Assembly: GCA_938034555.1 (NCBI GenBank)
Contig: CALHLT010000019.1
Coordinates: 1 to 59,319, forward strand
Direction of reading: 5' to 3'
DNA length: 59,319 bases
Source of the DNA: an uncultured Bacillota bacterium
Lineage (GTDB): Bacteria; Bacillota; Clostridia; Christensenellales; UBA1242
The notes under the pieces were generated by a model. The model did no database searches, was not told the DNA's origin, and worked only from the letters and a program-made list of their open reading frames with translations. The first letter of the stretch is position 1, and each line of letters opens with the position of its first letter. A program made the position numbers and the translations under genes. Below are positions 29,633 through 38,537 of this stretch, one piece after another.

Positions 29633-30742
29633 ATGGACGAAAGAATTAAAAAACTTGCGAAAAACATAATTTCATATTCTATTAACCTTCAAAAGGGCGA
29701 AAGGCTTTTAATTGAAGCAAAGGACTGCAATCCAACAATAATTAAGGCGCTTGTTGCCGAGGCATATTCCGTTGGTGCATATCCATATGTAACTCTTCTT
29801 AGCAGCGAAATTTCGCGCGCACTTCTTTTGGGCGAAAGCGAGGAAAGAATTGCGCTTAAAAGCGAATTCGACCTTGAATTTATGAAAAAAATGGACGCAT
29901 ATATAACAATTCGCGGCGCACAAAACATTTTTGAAACAAGCGACGTTCCTTCCGAAAGAATTGCAATTAACACGCGCCACACCGATAAAGTTCGAAACGA
30001 GCGCGTTAACAACACGAAATGGGTTCTTTTAATGGCTCCAAGCGAAGGACTTGCGCAAAGTGCAAAAATGAGCACGGAAGAATATGAAGATTTCTACTTT
30101 AAAGTTTGCAATTTAGACTACTCAAAAATGAGCAAAGCAATGGACAACCTTGTTGAAGTTATGGAAAAGACAGACCGAGTTCGACTTGTTGCCCCAGGAA
30201 CAGACATTTCCTTTTCAATTAAAGGAATTCCTGCAATTAAATGCGCAGGAAATATGAACATTCCCGACGGCGAAGTTTTCACTGCCCCAGTTAAAAACAG
30301 CATTAACGGCAAAATTTCCTATAACCTTCCAACTTCATATAACGGAACATCTTTTTCGAACATTTGTTTGGAAGTTAAAGACGGAAAAATTGTTAAAGCA
30401 ACAGGAACAAACGAAGAAAAGCTTAACTCAATCTTAAACACCGACGAAGGCGCAAGATATTTTGGCGAGTTCTCTCTTGGTGTTAACCCATATATAACCC
30501 GCGGCTTTGAGGACATTTTGTTCGACGAAAAAATGGCGGGGTCAATTCATTTCACCCCTGGTTGCTGCTATGAAAACGAAGCACCAAACGGAAACATTTC
30601 TTCAATCCACTGGGATATGGTTCTTTCAATGCTCCCACAGCACGGCGGCGGCGAAATATATTTCGACGATGTTTTAATTCGAAAAGATGGACTTTTCGTT
30701 ATTGATAAATTAAAATGCTTAAACCCAGAAAATTTAATTTAA
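29633..30742 (+). CDS. M29-family aminopeptidase (AmpS/PepS-like)
   Basis: [30 protein letters not shown]-terminus plus [10 protein letters not shown] and HFTPG-type motifs. 369 aa. Confidence 0.85.
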   Translation: MDERIKKLAKNIISYSINLQKGERLLIEAKDCNPTIIKALVAEAYSVGAYPYVTLLSSEISRALLLGESEERIALKSEFDLEFMKKMDAYITIRGAQNIFETSDVPSERIAINTRHTDKVRNERVNNTKWVLLMAPSEGLAQSAKMSTEEYEDFYFKVCNLDYSKMSKAMDNLVEVMEKTDRVRLVAPGTDISFSIKGIPAIKCAGNMNIPDGEVFTAPVKNSINGKISYNLPTSYNGTSFSNICLEVKDGKIVKATGTNEEKLNSILNTDEGARYFGEFSLGVNPYITRGFEDILFDEKMAGSIHFTPGCCYENEAPNGNISSIHWDMVLSMLPQHGGGEIYFDDVLIRKDGLFVIDKLKCLNPENLI

Positions 30743-30752
30743 AGGAGAAAAG

Positions 30753-31763
30753 ATGAAAAAGAAAGTTAAAATTGGAATTAATGGATTTGGAAGAATTGGT
30801 CGCTTAATTTTAAGAATTGCAAGCGAACGCGATGATGTTGAGGTTGTTGGAATTAACGACCCATTTATCGATGCAGATTATGCTGCATACATGCTTAAAT
30901 TCGACACTGTCCACGGAAAATTTAACGGCGAAGTTTACGCAAAAGACGGAAAACTTGTTGTTAACGGCAAAAAAATTGATTTCTACAGCGAATATGAGCC
31001 AGCCCACATTAACTGGAACTTAACAAAACCAGATGTTGTTGCGGAAGCAAGCGGAAAATACACCCTTGCAGAAGAAGCCGAAAAACACATTGGCTCTGGG
31101 GCAAAAAAAGTTGTTATAACAGCGGCTGGAAAAGGCTGCCCAATGTTTGTTATGGGCGTTAACAGCAGCGAATATGACCCAAGCATGAAAGTTGTTTCAA
31201 ATTCAAGTTGCACAACAAACTGCCTTGCTCCTCTTGCAAAAGTTATCCACGAAAACTTTGGAATTAAAGAAGGACTTATGACAACTGTCCATTCCTTAAC
31301 TCCTTCCCAACTCGCTGCCGACGGCGTTTCAAAAAAAGATTGGCGCGGAGGGCGCGCAGCCTCATACAACATAATTCCTTCTTCAACTGGCGCGGCAAAA
31401 GCAGTTAGCCAAGTTATTCCAGAACTTAAAGGAAAATTAACCGGAATGAGTTTCCGTGTTCCAACCCTTGATGTTTCGGTTGTTGATTTAACAGTTAAAC
31501 TTGAAAAAGAAACAACCTATGAAGAAATTATTAAAGCAATTAAAAAAGCAGAAAACGGCGAACTTAAAGGAATTATTGGAACAACCGATCTTCCTCTTGT
31601 TTCAAGCGATTTCATTGGCGACCCACGAACCTGCATCGTTGACGAAAAAGCCGGAATTATGCTTAATCCATCGTTCGTTAAACTTGTTGCTTGGTATGAC
31701 AACGAATATGGCTACACATGCAAACTTGTTGACATGCTTAAACTTGTTGGCGGCTCAAACTAA
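30753..31763 (+). CDS. gap: Glyceraldehyde-3-phosphate dehydrogenase, type I
   Basis: INGFGRIGR, active-site [20 protein letters not shown]. Confidence 0.97.
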   Translation: MKKKVKIGINGFGRIGRLILRIASERDDVEVVGINDPFIDADYAAYMLKFDTVHGKFNGEVYAKDGKLVVNGKKIDFYSEYEPAHINWNLTKPDVVAEASGKYTLAEEAEKHIGSGAKKVVITAAGKGCPMFVMGVNSSEYDPSMKVVSNSSCTTNCLAPLAKVIHENFGIKEGLMTTVHSLTPSQLAADGVSKKDWRGGRAASYNIIPSSTGAAKAVSQVIPELKGKLTGMSFRVPTLDVSVVDLTVKLEKETTYEEIIKAIKKAENGELKGIIGTTDLPLVSSDFIGDPRTCIVDEKAGIMLNPSFVKLVAWYDNEYGYTCKLVDMLKLVGGSN

Positions 31764-31770
31764 TTTTCCC

Positions 31771-32811
31771 CTATCTTATAAGCGAAAAATGCGTTAAAAC
31801 CTCATATGAAGTGGTGCCCAAAATATGGGCCCATTTTTTTGCGTCCTTAAAAACAACAACTTCGTCCCCTTCCTTTGCATGCGCCTCGCTAACATCAACG
31901 AAAAACATATCCATGCAAATGTATCCAACAATTTTGCATTTTGTTTTGTTAATTTCAACTTCCGCCCTATTTGAGAGATTTCGCGAAATCCCATCGCCAT
32001 AACCAAGCGGAACAATTCCAATTTTCATATTTTCTTTTGCGATAAACCCGTTTGAATATCCAATCCTATCGCCCGCCTCAACATCAAAAACCTTAATCAA
32101 ATGTGATTTAACTTGCATAACGGGCTTAACATTTGCGCCTTTCAAATATCCATAAAGTCCAATTCCAATTCGAACCATGTCGAAGTCGAAATCCATCTTA
32201 CTTATTGCCGCTGCCGATCCCCCAATATGAATAATTGGTTGCTCCCTCTTTGGAATTTCTTTTAAGAACCGCTTAAAAACAATTTTTTGTTTTTCAAAAA
32301 ACTTTTCATCGCAATCGGCAGTTGAAAAATGAGTTAAAATTCCTTCAACATTAATGTTATTTTTTTCGCATTCCTCAAAAATTTTTTTAAACTCTTTAAC
32401 GCTTGAAATTCCAAGCCTGTTCATTCCCGAATTAATTTTTATATGAATATTTATGCAACCATTAATTCCCTTATTTTTAACTTGCAAAAGTAAATTTTCA
32501 AACTGTGAAAAATTTTCAATAACAAAACTTATATTGTTTTTTGCGCACTCTTTAAAAAACCGCGTTTTCCCAACAATCAAAATTTTTGCATTTGGACAAA
32601 TTTCCCTAACTTTAAGCGCCTCGTTTATGTTTGCAACTCCAAATAAATCAACCGAATTCCTTAACAACTCAACAATTTTTTCAAGTCCATGCCCATAGGC
32701 ATTTGCCTTAACCATTGCGCAAAATTTTTTGTTTCCCGCAATTATTTTAATTTCATCAATGTTTTTTATTAATTGTTTTTTTGAAACAACAATTTCTCCG
32801 TTTTTTTCCAT
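31771..32811 (-). CDS. alr: Alanine racemase
   Basis: PLP-lysine motif AMVKANAYGHG and a C-terminal beta domain. 346 aa. Confidence 0.9.
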   Translation of the reverse strand: MEKNGEIVVSKKQLIKNIDEIKIIAGNKKFCAMVKANAYGHGLEKIVELLRNSVDLFGVANINEALKVREICPNAKILIVGKTRFFKECAKNNISFVIENFSQFENLLLQVKNKGINGCINIHIKINSGMNRLGISSVKEFKKIFEECEKNNINVEGILTHFSTADCDEKFFEKQKIVFKRFLKEIPKREQPIIHIGGSAAAISKMDFDFDMVRIGIGLYGYLKGANVKPVMQVKSHLIKVFDVEAGDRIGYSNGFIAKENMKIGIVPLGYGDGISRNLSNRAEVEINKTKCKIVGYICMDMFFVDVSEAHAKEGDEVVVFKDAKKWAHILGTTSYEVLTHFSLIR

Positions 32812-32824
32812 TTATTTTGTATAT

Positions 32825-32859
32825 GAAAAAACACCAGCAAATGTTAATTTTTGCTGGTG
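32825..32859 (-). terminator. Rho-independent terminator after the DUF2726-like gene
   Basis: On the minus strand, CACCAGCAAA aattaaca TTTGCTGGTG followed by TTTTTTC. Confidence 0.7.
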
Positions 32860-32894
32860 CATATTCATGCATAATTATTCATTTTTATGAATTT

Positions 32895-33518
32895 CTATTC
32901 GTCGGTCTTTTCGTTCCCGTCGTCTTCGTTTTGGTTATAGTTTAAGCCAAGTGCTTCAAAAATTTGTTTTTCAATTTCGCTTGGGTCATAGTCAGTTTTA
33001 ACTTTAATTGAAATAATTGGAAGCTCCGCGCTTTTAAGCGCGTCAACAACAACTGGCGAAAAAGTGTCAAGTTGTTCGTCGCCAATGCTTCCGTCGAAAA
33101 TGTCAACAACTGCTTTTGGTTTCATTGTTTCGCGATCGAAAATAACAATATCAACAACTTTGCTTTTAACTGCGTCGTAAAGAGCATGGCTTCCAACTGG
33201 CTCTAAAATTGATTTAAGCGAAATTTTTGGAAAAGCAATATAACCTTTTGGCAAGACTTTATTAATTAGAACGTAAACCTTAATTTCTTTGCGATAGAGG
33301 AATTTATCAATTGTGTCGCAATAGGAACCCTTTGTGTCAAGTTTCCCATTTTCATTTTTTCTCATTTTTTTCATTTTTGGAAACAATGGTTTTCTTTCTT
33401 TTTTTTCTGGTTTTTGCCCGTCTTTAAGTTTCTTTGCTCTGCCCTTTTTAATCCCAAAAGCCAAAACAATTAAAAGCCCAACAACAGCAATGCTTGCAAG
33501 CGCAACAATCCAGCCCAT
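32895..33518 (-). CDS. Membrane-anchored DUF2726-like (restriction-endonuclease-fold) protein
   Basis: N-terminal TM helix, a Lys-rich linker, then YIAFPKISLKSIL...VDIVIFDRETMKPKAVVDIFDGS, resembling the DUF2726 core. The family call is from memory. Confidence 0.55.
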   Translation of the reverse strand: MGWIVALASIAVVGLLIVLAFGIKKGRAKKLKDGQKPEKKERKPLFPKMKKMRKNENGKLDTKGSYCDTIDKFLYRKEIKVYVLINKVLPKGYIAFPKISLKSILEPVGSHALYDAVKSKVVDIVIFDRETMKPKAVVDIFDGSIGDEQLDTFSPVVVDALKSAELPIISIKVKTDYDPSEIEKQIFEALGLNYNQNEDDGNEKTDE

Positions 33519-33579
33519 AATTCACCTTCCTTATTTATATTTTAAGCCAGTTTTAAGTTTCTGTCAATGCTAAAATATG

Positions 33580-34245
33580 CTACCATTCAATTTCTTTTTT
33601 CCCAAGTTTTCTTAAAATTTCGTTTGTTTTATTGAAATGTCCACAGCCAAAAAATCCGTTATATGCCGAAAGAGGGCTTGGGTGGGCACAAGTTAAAACA
33701 TAGTGCCTCGACCTGTCGATGTCTTTTCCAAGTTGAATTGCGTTTGCGCCCCAAAGAAGGAAAATAACAGGGTCTTTTCTTTCACTTAAAAGTTTAATAA
33801 TTTTGCTTGTTATAAGTTCCCAGCCCTTGTTTTTATGGGAATTTGGGCAACTTTCGCGAACGGTTAAAACGCTGTTTAAAAGCAAAACACCTTGCTTTGC
33901 CCAAGAAGTTAAATTTCCGTTTGTGTTTGGCTTTTTCCCTGTTTCATCTTCAATTTCTTTGAAAATGTTTTGAAGCGAAGGAGGAAGTTTTGTTCCTTCC
34001 AAAACGGAAAAACAAAGCCCGTGGGCTTGGTGTGGCTGATGATATGGGTCTTGCCCAATTATAACAACCTTAACATCGTCATATTTAACCAAGTTTAGTG
34101 CGTTAAAAACATTTTTTGCCTCTGGATAAATTTTGTAAGTTGCATATTCATTGTTTAAAAAAGTTTGAAGCTCTTTAAACTCCTTTGAATTCAATTCATT
34201 TTTTAAAAGTTCAAACCAATTTTTTGTTATTGGAAACATATGCAT
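33580..34245 (-). CDS. ung: Uracil-DNA glycosylase (family 1)
   Basis: VVIIGQDPYH and HPSPLSA motifs. The true start is probably the second ATG at 34239 (see the leaderless finding). Confidence 0.93.
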   Translation of the reverse strand: MHMFPITKNWFELLKNELNSKEFKELQTFLNNEYATYKIYPEAKNVFNALNLVKYDDVKVVIIGQDPYHQPHQAHGLCFSVLEGTKLPPSLQNIFKEIEDETGKKPNTNGNLTSWAKQGVLLLNSVLTVRESCPNSHKNKGWELITSKIIKLLSERKDPVIFLLWGANAIQLGKDIDRSRHYVLTCAHPSPLSAYNGFFGCGHFNKTNEILRKLGKKEIEW

Positions 34246-34273
34246 ATTATAGCATATATTTTTATTAAATCAA
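34246..34273 (-). promoter_or_regulatory. sigmaA promoter of ung, abutting the start codon
   Basis: On the minus strand, TTGATT, 16-nt spacer, TGcTATAAT, followed directly by ATGCATATG. Confidence 0.5.
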
Positions 34274-34282
34274 CATTTGGTA

Positions 34283-34311
34283 TTGACTTTTGGGGGTTCA
34301 TGCTTTAAACT
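34283..34311 (+). promoter_or_regulatory. sigmaA promoter of the 441-aa/126-aa operon
   Basis: TTGACT (34283..34288), 17-nt spacer, TAAACT (34306..34311), 18 nt upstream of the SD GGAG. Confidence 0.45.
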
Positions 34312-34329
34312 TGAACTAACGGAGAACAA

Positions 34330-35655
34330 ATGAAAGAATTTAAACCAGTTTTAAAAACAAATGAATATGGAAAAACCCTTGTTCCAATTAAAGAAGTAAC
34401 TGCAAAAGACTTAACCTTGAAACTGACCCCAAAAGAGGACGTTGAAAAAGTTTCTTTAACAATTTCAAACGCTGTTCTTTCAATTTTGGGATATAACCCA
34501 ATTAGATACTACAGCATTTCGAAAAACATGCTTATCGACAACATTGCTTTCGACACGCGTTCATATTTTACGAAAATTCAAAAAGTTGCAATTCCTTTGG
34601 AGGAAAAATTTGTTGATCGCCTTATATCATGCGATAAACACCTTGCAAAAATTCAACACGTTCATAAAAAAGAAGGAAATTCGTCAACCGACGAAATTCG
34701 AATGCTTTTAATTGGAAAAATGGACGGAGAATACATTCCTTTCCAACTCAATTTCAAAAGAGAAGAATCAATTGTTAAAGGAAAGAAAAAAAGTTTTCTT
34801 AAATCCAGTTTTGGAATTGTTTTAAACGGAAAAGACTATGTTAACTGCGAAAGATACGACCCAACACCTGTCCACCAAAATCTTTTCTACGACGGAAACA
34901 AGCACTACACCGACTTAAATCAAAACAGATTTGTTCGCGGAATGGCTCATCTCCACTACACAAACAAACGCGCGTTCATTTCGCTTTTTGAGGCTCTTCA
35001 AAACAAAGGATATAACGCAGAAGAAATTTTGAAATCGCAAATTATGGGAAAACAAGAAGTTGTTCCTTTCACGTCTTTCAACAACTGCGAAGAAGCAAAA
35101 AACTTTTTCTTTAAAAGATATAACATTAAAATGGATTTCAAAAATCTTCCTGGAAAACTTACAATGGCAGGCGAATTCTTTGAAAAGCGCGAAGAAGCAT
35201 TGAAAAACGCGCAAAAACCTGCTAAAAAAACAACCCTTAAAGACATGGAAAAATTATCACCAAAACCACAAGAAAAGGAAAAACATCGTAAAATTTTTGT
35301 TGAAACTGCTAGCCAAGCAAGACAAACCGACAAAGAAATTGACGAAGAAGTTATTGAAGAAATGGGAACAGAAATTTTTGACGAGGACTATGTTATTCCT
35401 TCTTTAACTAAAAATTCTTCCCCTGCTCCGAAGTATGAGAAAAAACATTCAATTTTCCACTTTGAAAGCGCCGAAGAAGCACGAGAAACAGATAAAGAAC
35501 CTCTTTATTCTGGAGACGAAAAAATCTTTGAAACGCAAAGCATTCAAAGAATTAAAGATGCCTACACTGGCGGAAGCAGAGTTAACATGAAAAACTATAA
35601 CAAAAAAATGAAACATAAAAAACAAAGAGAGGCAAGAAATGGACGAGATTATTGA
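34330..35655 (+). CDS. Hypothetical protein, 441 aa: a globular N-terminal part of about 270 aa plus a Lys/Glu-rich tail with short repeats
   Basis: Long ORF with an SD. I recognise no family. The tail has the repeats KIFVETASQARQTDKE, SIFHFESAEEARETDKE and KIFETQSIQRIKD. Confidence 0.6.
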   Translation: MKEFKPVLKTNEYGKTLVPIKEVTAKDLTLKLTPKEDVEKVSLTISNAVLSILGYNPIRYYSISKNMLIDNIAFDTRSYFTKIQKVAIPLEEKFVDRLISCDKHLAKIQHVHKKEGNSSTDEIRMLLIGKMDGEYIPFQLNFKREESIVKGKKKSFLKSSFGIVLNGKDYVNCERYDPTPVHQNLFYDGNKHYTDLNQNRFVRGMAHLHYTNKRAFISLFEALQNKGYNAEEILKSQIMGKQEVVPFTSFNNCEEAKNFFFKRYNIKMDFKNLPGKLTMAGEFFEKREEALKNAQKPAKKTTLKDMEKLSPKPQEKEKHRKIFVETASQARQTDKEIDEEVIEEMGTEIFDEDYVIPSLTKNSSPAPKYEKKHSIFHFESAEEARETDKEPLYSGDEKIFETQSIQRIKDAYTGGSRVNMKNYNKKMKHKKQREARNGRDY

Positions 35656-36019
35656 TTTAATTCAAAAACAAAATGATATTTTAAGAATCGACAGTTCTTT
35701 TGTTGAAATTAAAACAGGAATTGAGTTTAAAAAAGGCGCTGCGCTTCGAATTTTCATTAAAAAGGACGCCGACACATTCTTCATAACCGACAACAAAAAC
35801 ACATTAAGATTTATGAGCACAATGTATGAGCTTACAGCACAAGACGTTAAAAAATGCATTTCCGATGTTGTTAACCACTATCATTTCAGAATTGAAAAAG
35901 GCGAAATTAAAGGTGAAATCACTTCTTCAAACGCAAAAAAGCGTTTTAACGAATTTATGATTTGCTGCGAAACCTTGGCTAACATGTATATTTTCTTCGA
36001 CGAACCAGAAGAAGAATAG
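35639..36019 (+). CDS. Hypothetical 126-aa protein (possibly DUF1828-like), translationally coupled to the 441-aa gene
   Basis: The ATG lies 17 nt inside the upstream gene's 3' end. The pattern IFIKKDADTFFITDNKNTLRFM...HYHFRIEKGEIKGEI...MICCETLANMYIF loosely recalls DUF1828. Unverified. Confidence 0.55.
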   Translation: MDEIIDLIQKQNDILRIDSSFVEIKTGIEFKKGAALRIFIKKDADTFFITDNKNTLRFMSTMYELTAQDVKKCISDVVNHYHFRIEKGEIKGEITSSNAKKRFNEFMICCETLANMYIFFDEPEEE

Positions 36020-36041
36020 GAAAAAAAATAAATTTTAAAAG

Positions 36042-36069
36042 AGAAAATCTGAAAAGATTTTCTTTTTTG
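36042..36069 (+). terminator. Rho-independent terminator
   Basis: AGAAAATCT gaaa AGATTTTCT followed by TTTTTG. Confidence 0.75.
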
Positions 36070-36148
36070 TTTTGTAAGAAACTTAATTTGTGGTATCCTA
36101 TCATTGAATAGGTTGTGCTTTTTAAGCACATAAACAAGGTTTTTTATC

Positions 36149-38245
36149 ATGATACAACAAAAATTTTATAACGCAAAAGACGACTTTGCGCTAATTTGCG
36201 ATATGTCGAAAGAACTTAACCTTTGCGAAAAAACGGTTGAGCTTTTGTTTTCGCGCGGGCTCACAACAAAAGAAAAAATATTAAAATTTTTTAACCCAAC
36301 AAAAGAAGATTTTAACAATCCATTTTTGCTTTCTGGAATGAAAGAAGCAACCGACAAAATTAAAAATGCAATTCAAAACAAAAAACGAATTTTAATTTTT
36401 GGCGACTATGATGTTGACGGGGTTTCCGCAACAGCAATTATGCTTAAAACCCTTTCAAAACTTGGAGTTAGCGCGCAATACTATCTTCCAAATCGATTTG
36501 TTGACGGCTATGGCCTAACAAACGCTGTTATCGACAAAATTAACGCTAAATTTGCGCCAGAACTTATTATAACCGTGGACTGCGGAATTTCTTGCAAAGA
36601 CGAAATTGACTATGCAAAAAGTCTTGGAATTGATGTTATCGTAACCGATCACCATGAAATTCCAGCCCAGCTTCCAAACTCAATTATTGTTAACCCAAAA
36701 ATTTTAAATCAACCCTACCCTTTCCACGACCTTTGCGGAACAGGTGTTGCATTTAAAATTTCTCAAGCGCTTTTAGGAAAGGAAGAGGCTGAAGAATTTT
36801 TGCCAATTGCAGCAATTGCAACAATTGCCGATATTGTTTCTTTAACAAGCGAAAATCGTGCAATTGTTTCTCTTGGGCTTCAACTTTTTGAAAAATATTT
36901 ACCAATTGGGCTTAAAGCACTTTTCAAAGAAAACAAAGTTTCAATTAAAAACGCAAATTCAACCGACATTGCCTTTAAAATTGCCCCAAAACTTAACTCA
37001 AGCGGGCGCATGGGCGACGCAGCCGATTCTCTTAAACTCTATCTTGAAACAAACCCCGTTTTAATTAAAGCGCAAATTGCAAAGATCGCCGAACATAACA
37101 CCCGCCGCCAAAAAGCGTGCAACGATGTTTATGAAGATTGCATTAACATGCTTAAAAATGTTAACCTTTCTTCCCTTCGCGCAATTGTTCTTTGCTCAAA
37201 GAACTGGGACAGCGGAATTTTAGGAATTGTTTGCGCGCGTCTTGTTGAAACCTACAACCGCCCTGCTTTCCTTTTTTCGGAAGAAGACGGCGTTTTAAAA
37301 GGTTCGGCGCGAAGTTTGCAAGATGTTAATGTCCACGAACTTCTTTCAAGTATGCAAGACATTTTGGAAACGTTTGGCGGGCATAAAATGGCGGCTGGGC
37401 TTTGCCTTAAAAAACAACACTTCAATGAATTTGCAAGTCGTGTTAACAATTTCATTTTGTCAAAAGTAAGTTCGAAGGCGTTTATGCCAATCTACTACTA
37501 CGACCTTGACATTGAGGAAAGTATGATTTCGGATAAGTTTCTTTCCGAACTTGAAAAGTTTGAACCATTTGGTCTTAACAACTCAAAACCACTTTTCAAA
37601 ATTTCGTCTTCAAACGCAAAAATTTCGCAACTTAAAAACTTTTCAACCCACTATAACATCAACATTGGCAAACTTAGTTTGTTATATTTCAACTGCACGG
37701 AAAAATATTTTTCGCTTAAATATGCAAAAAGAAAAAATGTTATTTTCGAAATACAAAACAAACAAGGCTCTTTAATTAAGGGAATTGTTAAGAATTTTGA
37801 CGGCGGATTTGAACTTGACAAAAGTTTTTCGGCAAGTTTGGACGCGTTTGCTTTCGAACAACTTAAATATCTTGAAACAGAAGGCAACTGCAAAATTGAA
37901 TACTATGATAAACCAAAATTGATTGAACTTCTTGCGGAATGCAACGGCTGCCCTTTTGGAACAATTTTTGTTTCAACAAGAAGCGCGTCCTATCGAAGTT
38001 TTGTTGAGGACTACACAAGCAAAAACATCTCCGAACTTTTTGTTTTCAACAATTCGTCCGATTCCGCCTATAACGCGCTCTATCTCTATCCAACAAACCT
38101 TAACATTTTCAAAAACTATAAGAAAATTGTCTTTCTTGAACCAGTTTTGGATAAATCCTATTTAAACGAAATTTCAAAGAAAACAAGCGCAACAATCTTC
38201 TTGCCTTCTTTTGGCTCTTTCCCTAAAACTCTTTTCAACTCTTAA
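36149..38245 (+). CDS. recJ: Single-stranded-DNA-specific exonuclease RecJ (main body; the C-terminal segment is in another frame)
   Basis: DHH motifs FGDYDVDGVSAT and VTDHH, DHHA1 GGHKMAAG. Confidence 0.9.
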   Translation: MIQQKFYNAKDDFALICDMSKELNLCEKTVELLFSRGLTTKEKILKFFNPTKEDFNNPFLLSGMKEATDKIKNAIQNKKRILIFGDYDVDGVSATAIMLKTLSKLGVSAQYYLPNRFVDGYGLTNAVIDKINAKFAPELIITVDCGISCKDEIDYAKSLGIDVIVTDHHEIPAQLPNSIIVNPKILNQPYPFHDLCGTGVAFKISQALLGKEEAEEFLPIAAIATIADIVSLTSENRAIVSLGLQLFEKYLPIGLKALFKENKVSIKNANSTDIAFKIAPKLNSSGRMGDAADSLKLYLETNPVLIKAQIAKIAEHNTRRQKACNDVYEDCINMLKNVNLSSLRAIVLCSKNWDSGILGIVCARLVETYNRPAFLFSEEDGVLKGSARSLQDVNVHELLSSMQDILETFGGHKMAAGLCLKKQHFNEFASRVNNFILSKVSSKAFMPIYYYDLDIEESMISDKFLSELEKFEPFGLNNSKPLFKISSSNAKISQLKNFSTHYNINIGKLSLLYFNCTEKYFSLKYAKRKNVIFEIQNKQGSLIKGIVKNFDGGFELDKSFSASLDAFAFEQLKYLETEGNCKIEYYDKPKLIELLAECNGCPFGTIFVSTRSASYRSFVEDYTSKNISELFVFNNSSDSAYNALYLYPTNLNIFKNYKKIVFLEPVLDKSYLNEISKKTSATIFLPSFGSFPKTLFNS

Positions 38246-38525
38246 TCTTTCAAGAGCCGCTTTTGCCGATTTCTTTGTTAAACTTAAACAATTTAACGGT
38301 CAGAAATTCTTAAACCTTTCCCATTTGTATAACTCAATTTGCAAGTCGATTAAAATTCCGTTTAATTGTTTCTATATCTACTATCTTGTTTTAAGCGAAC
38401 TTGAAATAATTAAAGTTACAAGCGGCGAAACTTTAACGCTTGAAATTCAAGACGGCAAAAAGACAGACCTTTCAAAATCTAAAATTCTTTCAACAGTTAA
38501 TTTCTTAAAACAAATTAATAAGTAG
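38211..38525 (+). pseudogene. recJ: Probable C-terminal segment of recJ displaced into the +1 frame (split or frameshifted recJ)
   Basis: This frame is open from 38166 and overlaps the recJ stop at 38243..38245. LSRAAFADFFVKLKQ...LVLSELEIIKVTSGETLTLEIQDGKKTDLSKSKIL resembles the C-terminal tail of long Firmicute RecJ proteins. 698 + about 95 aa approaches the roughly 786-aa Bacillus form. Confidence 0.45.
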
Positions 38526-38537
38526 GACGAGGAAAAT

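Noticed and set aside
38236-38246. TCT TAA T at the recJ stop as a programmed +1 frameshift site by analogy with prfB.
   Set aside because: There is no upstream SD-like stimulator. Also, UCU to CUU re-pairing is not possible for tRNA-Ser. An ordinary indel or sequencing error is more likely.
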